A model generated the notes under the pieces. The model had not been told where the DNA came from. It searched no databases and worked only from the letters and a program-made list of their open reading frames with translations. From contig OY759746.1 of the NCBI GenBank assembly GCA_963662795.1, forward strand, positions 1,792,001 to 1,856,000: a stretch of 64,000 nucleotides of DNA, written 5' to 3'. Positions 61,527 to 64,000 of this stretch are shown here, in pieces; the stretch's first letter is position 1, and every line of letters begins with the position of its first letter. Source of the stretch: Spirochaetia bacterium (GTDB taxonomy: Bacteria > Spirochaetota > Spirochaetia > CADAEX01). The position numbers were made by a program, and so were the translations under genes.

Positions 61527-61698
61527 GGATAACAGCGGTTCAAGCGCATCGCTCGGATTACCTCGCTTGGGCTTCGCCAAACATCGCAGGGTTTATGCTA
61601 CAACTTTTTGAAATAACGAGTTAGGAGTAATAAATAATACAGCTTTATGTTAAATAGTCTTGGTCTGCGATGCTTCGCTTAACCGCAGGACGTTATCC
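61527..61698 (+). other. attC-like site 5 (172 bp)
   Basis: GGATAAC-A-GCGGTT(C)AAGCG...CGCTTAACCGC-AGGAC-GTTATCC. Confidence 0.82.
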
Positions 61699-61836
61699 AC
61701 AATGCCCCCACAAGATGCGATCGCCCGGACCTCCGGCCGACGGGCGAAAATTAGTAAACGCAGTTTTATAATTGGAAATGGTAAGCACTTTTTCCCCAGT
61801 CATGGAAAGGAAAAGTACCCCACCTAGTGAAAAAAA

Positions 61837-62568
61837 TTAGCTCTCCTTTTTATTTGAAATTCTATATGAATCTCCCGCGAGGGAGAAAACATGTGCATGA
61901 TGCAGCAGTCTGTCCAGCAGCGCTGTTGTCATTACTTCGTCCCCAAGCATTTCCGCCCAGGAATCAAAACTTTTGTTAGATGTTATGATAATTGATGTGC
62001 GTTCATAAAGTTCACTCACCAGCGAAAAGAATAAATTGGCCTCTTTTCGGTCAATAGGTGTGTAGCCTATTTCATCGATGATCAAGACATCGGACTTCAT
62101 GATTCGATTGAGCCTGAATGTACTCGAGCGCTGAACATCCATTGTTTTCAGTAGCTTCACCAGTGATGTGATTCGCTCAAAGCAGACCTTATACCCTTTC
62201 TGAATTGCCTCATAACCAAGTGCAATAGAAAGATGAGTTTTCCCTATTCCCGGAGGTCCAAAGAAAAGAAGATTTTCCTGTTTATCTATCCAAGTGAAAT
62301 CGAGAAGATTTTTAAGCTGTAATTTGTTTATACCTTCCAGCCTATTTATATTAAAATCTTCAAGAAGTTTTATTACCGGAAAATGAGAGCCTGCAAGGTT
62401 GCGTCTCAGCCTGCGTTCCATCCGGTAGGAGATCTCTTTTTCCAGAAGAGTTTTAAGGAACTCAAGATGTGAAATTTCACTTTCAACATTCACTTCATTT
62501 AATGCTTTTGATATCCCCTGAAGTTTTAAGTTTTCCAGCACTCCGGTACAATAATCGAGCGTTTTCAT
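61837..62568 (-). CDS. istB: IS21 helper ATPase IstB
   Basis: GPPGIGKTHL, LIIDEIGY, IITSNK, LLDRLLHH, GDSYR. Confidence 0.95.
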   Translation of the reverse strand: MKTLDYCTGVLENLKLQGISKALNEVNVESEISHLEFLKTLLEKEISYRMERRLRRNLAGSHFPVIKLLEDFNINRLEGINKLQLKNLLDFTWIDKQENLLFFGPPGIGKTHLSIALGYEAIQKGYKVCFERITSLVKLLKTMDVQRSSTFRLNRIMKSDVLIIDEIGYTPIDRKEANLFFSLVSELYERTSIIITSNKSFDSWAEMLGDEVMTTALLDRLLHHAHVFSLAGDSYRISNKKES

Positions 62569-64000
62569 AAAGCTCCTCCGATTATGCTGACCAGCGAACT
62601 ATAATAACTAAGCTTCCTTTGAACAACTTTTGGATTTCTTAAATCTGCTTTAACAGCCTGAATTCCGGTTATTAGTTTAGGGAGAATATTATCATGTAAA
62701 TCTTCAGTAACACCTTTTACATATGCATACGCTTCTTCAAGATTCATGGCGCTGCATCCCCCTGTTTCTTCACACACGATAAGGGCCTTTGAAAGTAGCT
62801 CAACATCATAGCCGCCGGATAGAAATTTACTTAAACTTGAATGCTGTTCACGAAAATAACGGGTGTAACGCCGATAGTTTTTCTGAACAAATTCCTCCCA
62901 ACCGGGAGCTGTAACTTTTTCAAGTAACTCATCTCGAAGCTGTGTTTGTTTAACAGAATTATCTTTAAAATGATTCTTTTTCGATATTATCTGTCCAGGA
63001 AGTACTGAGCGTGCGTGATGAGCAATTTCTCTTCCAGCCAATTCATCATAAATGAATAATTCATTCTCTGATCTATAAATCCAGACGGTTTTACGCCGGT
63101 ATGAAATAGGCACTGAATATTTACAGGAATCTACACTTATGAAACTTTTTAGATCTACTTTACGATCTTCCCGCTCAAGAATGGAATCTCTTTTAAACAT
63201 TGAAGCCCGCAAGGGCTTGAGTTTCTCTTGTTCCTTTTTAAGCAGGTTTGCAGGAATTATTCCGGTTGCTTGAGATATTTTCCCGTTTGCTGTTCTCACT
63301 ATCCATGAAGAGAGCTTTGATTGAACATCTTCGAAATCATCAAAGGTTCTCGCTGAAAAAAAACTTGTCTTTACGAACTTAACGAGATTTTCTACCTTTC
63401 CCTTGGATTCCGGATCTGCTTTTCGACAGACATATAGCTCAAACTGCATTTCATCTTGAAATTGGCTAAATGATTTTGTGAGAATAATATCCCCGCTGTT
63501 TTCACTGACAATCAGGGTCCGGTCCTGATCAATTACTATCTGATGTGGTATGCCACCTATGTACTCAAAACAATCAAGAAGATGTAAAATTACATCCAAT
63601 GTTGTAAACGGACGTTGCTGTACTGCAACATATCGGTATCTGCTTGCAGAGAGCACTGATGCAAAGATATAGACGGTCTCTCCAGTGTTTATCTTTAGCT
63701 GGCCAAAATCAACCTGCAATTGTTTTCCAAACGGCAGTTCATCTACCGGAGTATAGGACCTATATAGCGGTGATGTAAGAATTCCACCTGTTCTTACCAG
63801 ATATGAAATATAATTTCTCAAAGTACGGGGTGTTCCCGGAAGATTCTCCTCCCCGTATTTTTCCTCCAGCAAATCATAGACTGAAGACGAATATACCTTG
63901 CTTTCATTCAGCCGGTAAATCTCAATGACTTCGTCTCTGAAGGGTTCGAAGACTTGTTCTTTTTTATGAGCGATTTTTTGATACTCAACATATTTTTCAG
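62565..64000 (-). CDS. istA: IS21 transposase IstA (5' end outside window)
   Basis: QLQVDFG, DQD, DPESKGKVEN, YSVP; the frame stays open from 63872 to the window edge; 4-bp overlap with istB. Confidence 0.93.
   Translation of the reverse strand, partial: EKYVEYQKIAHKKEQVFEPFRDEVIEIYRLNESKVYSSSVYDLLEEKYGEENLPGTPRTLRNYISYLVRTGGILTSPLYRSYTPVDELPFGKQLQVDFGQLKINTGETVYIFASVLSASRYRYVAVQQRPFTTLDVILHLLDCFEYIGGIPHQIVIDQDRTLIVSENSGDIILTKSFSQFQDEMQFELYVCRKADPESKGKVENLVKFVKTSFFSARTFDDFEDVQSKLSSWIVRTANGKISQATGIIPANLLKKEQEKLKPLRASMFKRDSILEREDRKVDLKSFISVDSCKYSVPISYRRKTVWIYRSENELFIYDELAGREIAHHARSVLPGQIISKKNHFKDNSVKQTQLRDELLEKVTAPGWEEFVQKNYRRYTRYFREQHSSLSKFLSGGYDVELLSKALIVCEETGGCSAMNLEEAYAYVKGVTEDLHDNILPKLITGIQAVKADLRNPKVVQRKLSYYSSLVSIIGGAL

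Larger units (their letters stand above)
55951..61750 (+). mobile_element. Integron-like gene-cassette array (5 complete cassettes plus the start of a sixth)
   Basis: Crossover GTTs at 55951, 57044, 58132, 59300, 60433 and 61692. Each cassette's opening GTT heptamer is complementary to its closing AAC heptamer. Cargo genes are AT-rich and all on the + strand. Confidence 0.9.
61753..64000 (-). mobile_element. IS21-family insertion sequence (other end outside window)
   Basis: istA-istB pair; cassette-6 leader breaks off near 61750. The exact end is approximate. Confidence 0.88.

Noticed and set aside
57900-61750. Recurrent repeats read as a CRISPR array
   Set aside because: Repeats are 56-190 bp and separated by whole genes; no cas genes are present. 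A cassette architecture explains them.

Overview
Bacterial chromosomal segment, probably from an anaerobic spirochaete (inferred from a spirochaete-type FlgC-like motif, a BMP/nucleoside ABC system and the Ior/Vor oxidoreductases). Positions 1-54.5 kb are mostly housekeeping and metabolic genes: partial lysA, sppA, an aminotransferase-iorAB-paaK cluster, htrA, an RND efflux operon with a two-component system, a TIGR03545/6 pair, a decaying aminotransferase/nucleoside-ABC operon, tcdA/tatD, an enolase-HD-GYP-acyltransferase trio, a Vor-type operon, an AT-richer GntR/TRAP sugar-acid island, an acyl-CoA ligase and an alanine symporter. The most interesting part is 54.8-61.75 kb, an atypical integron-like array. 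A co-oriented tyrosine recombinase lacks the IntI-specific I2 insertion and has a HARP-like N-terminal extension. It is followed by an attI-like GTT site and five complete cassettes of 1.09-1.26 kb (VapBC, AhpD-like, DUF2971, FlgC-like lipoprotein, DUF2971). The cassettes are separated by long (171-192 bp) non-canonical attC-like hairpins, and each gene is wrapped in mutually complementary, structured leader and trailer sequences. One cassette appears to contain a classical attC-type cassette nested inside it. A sixth cassette is interrupted by an IS21-family element that runs off the window. All calls are from motif recognition by eye; no database searches were run.
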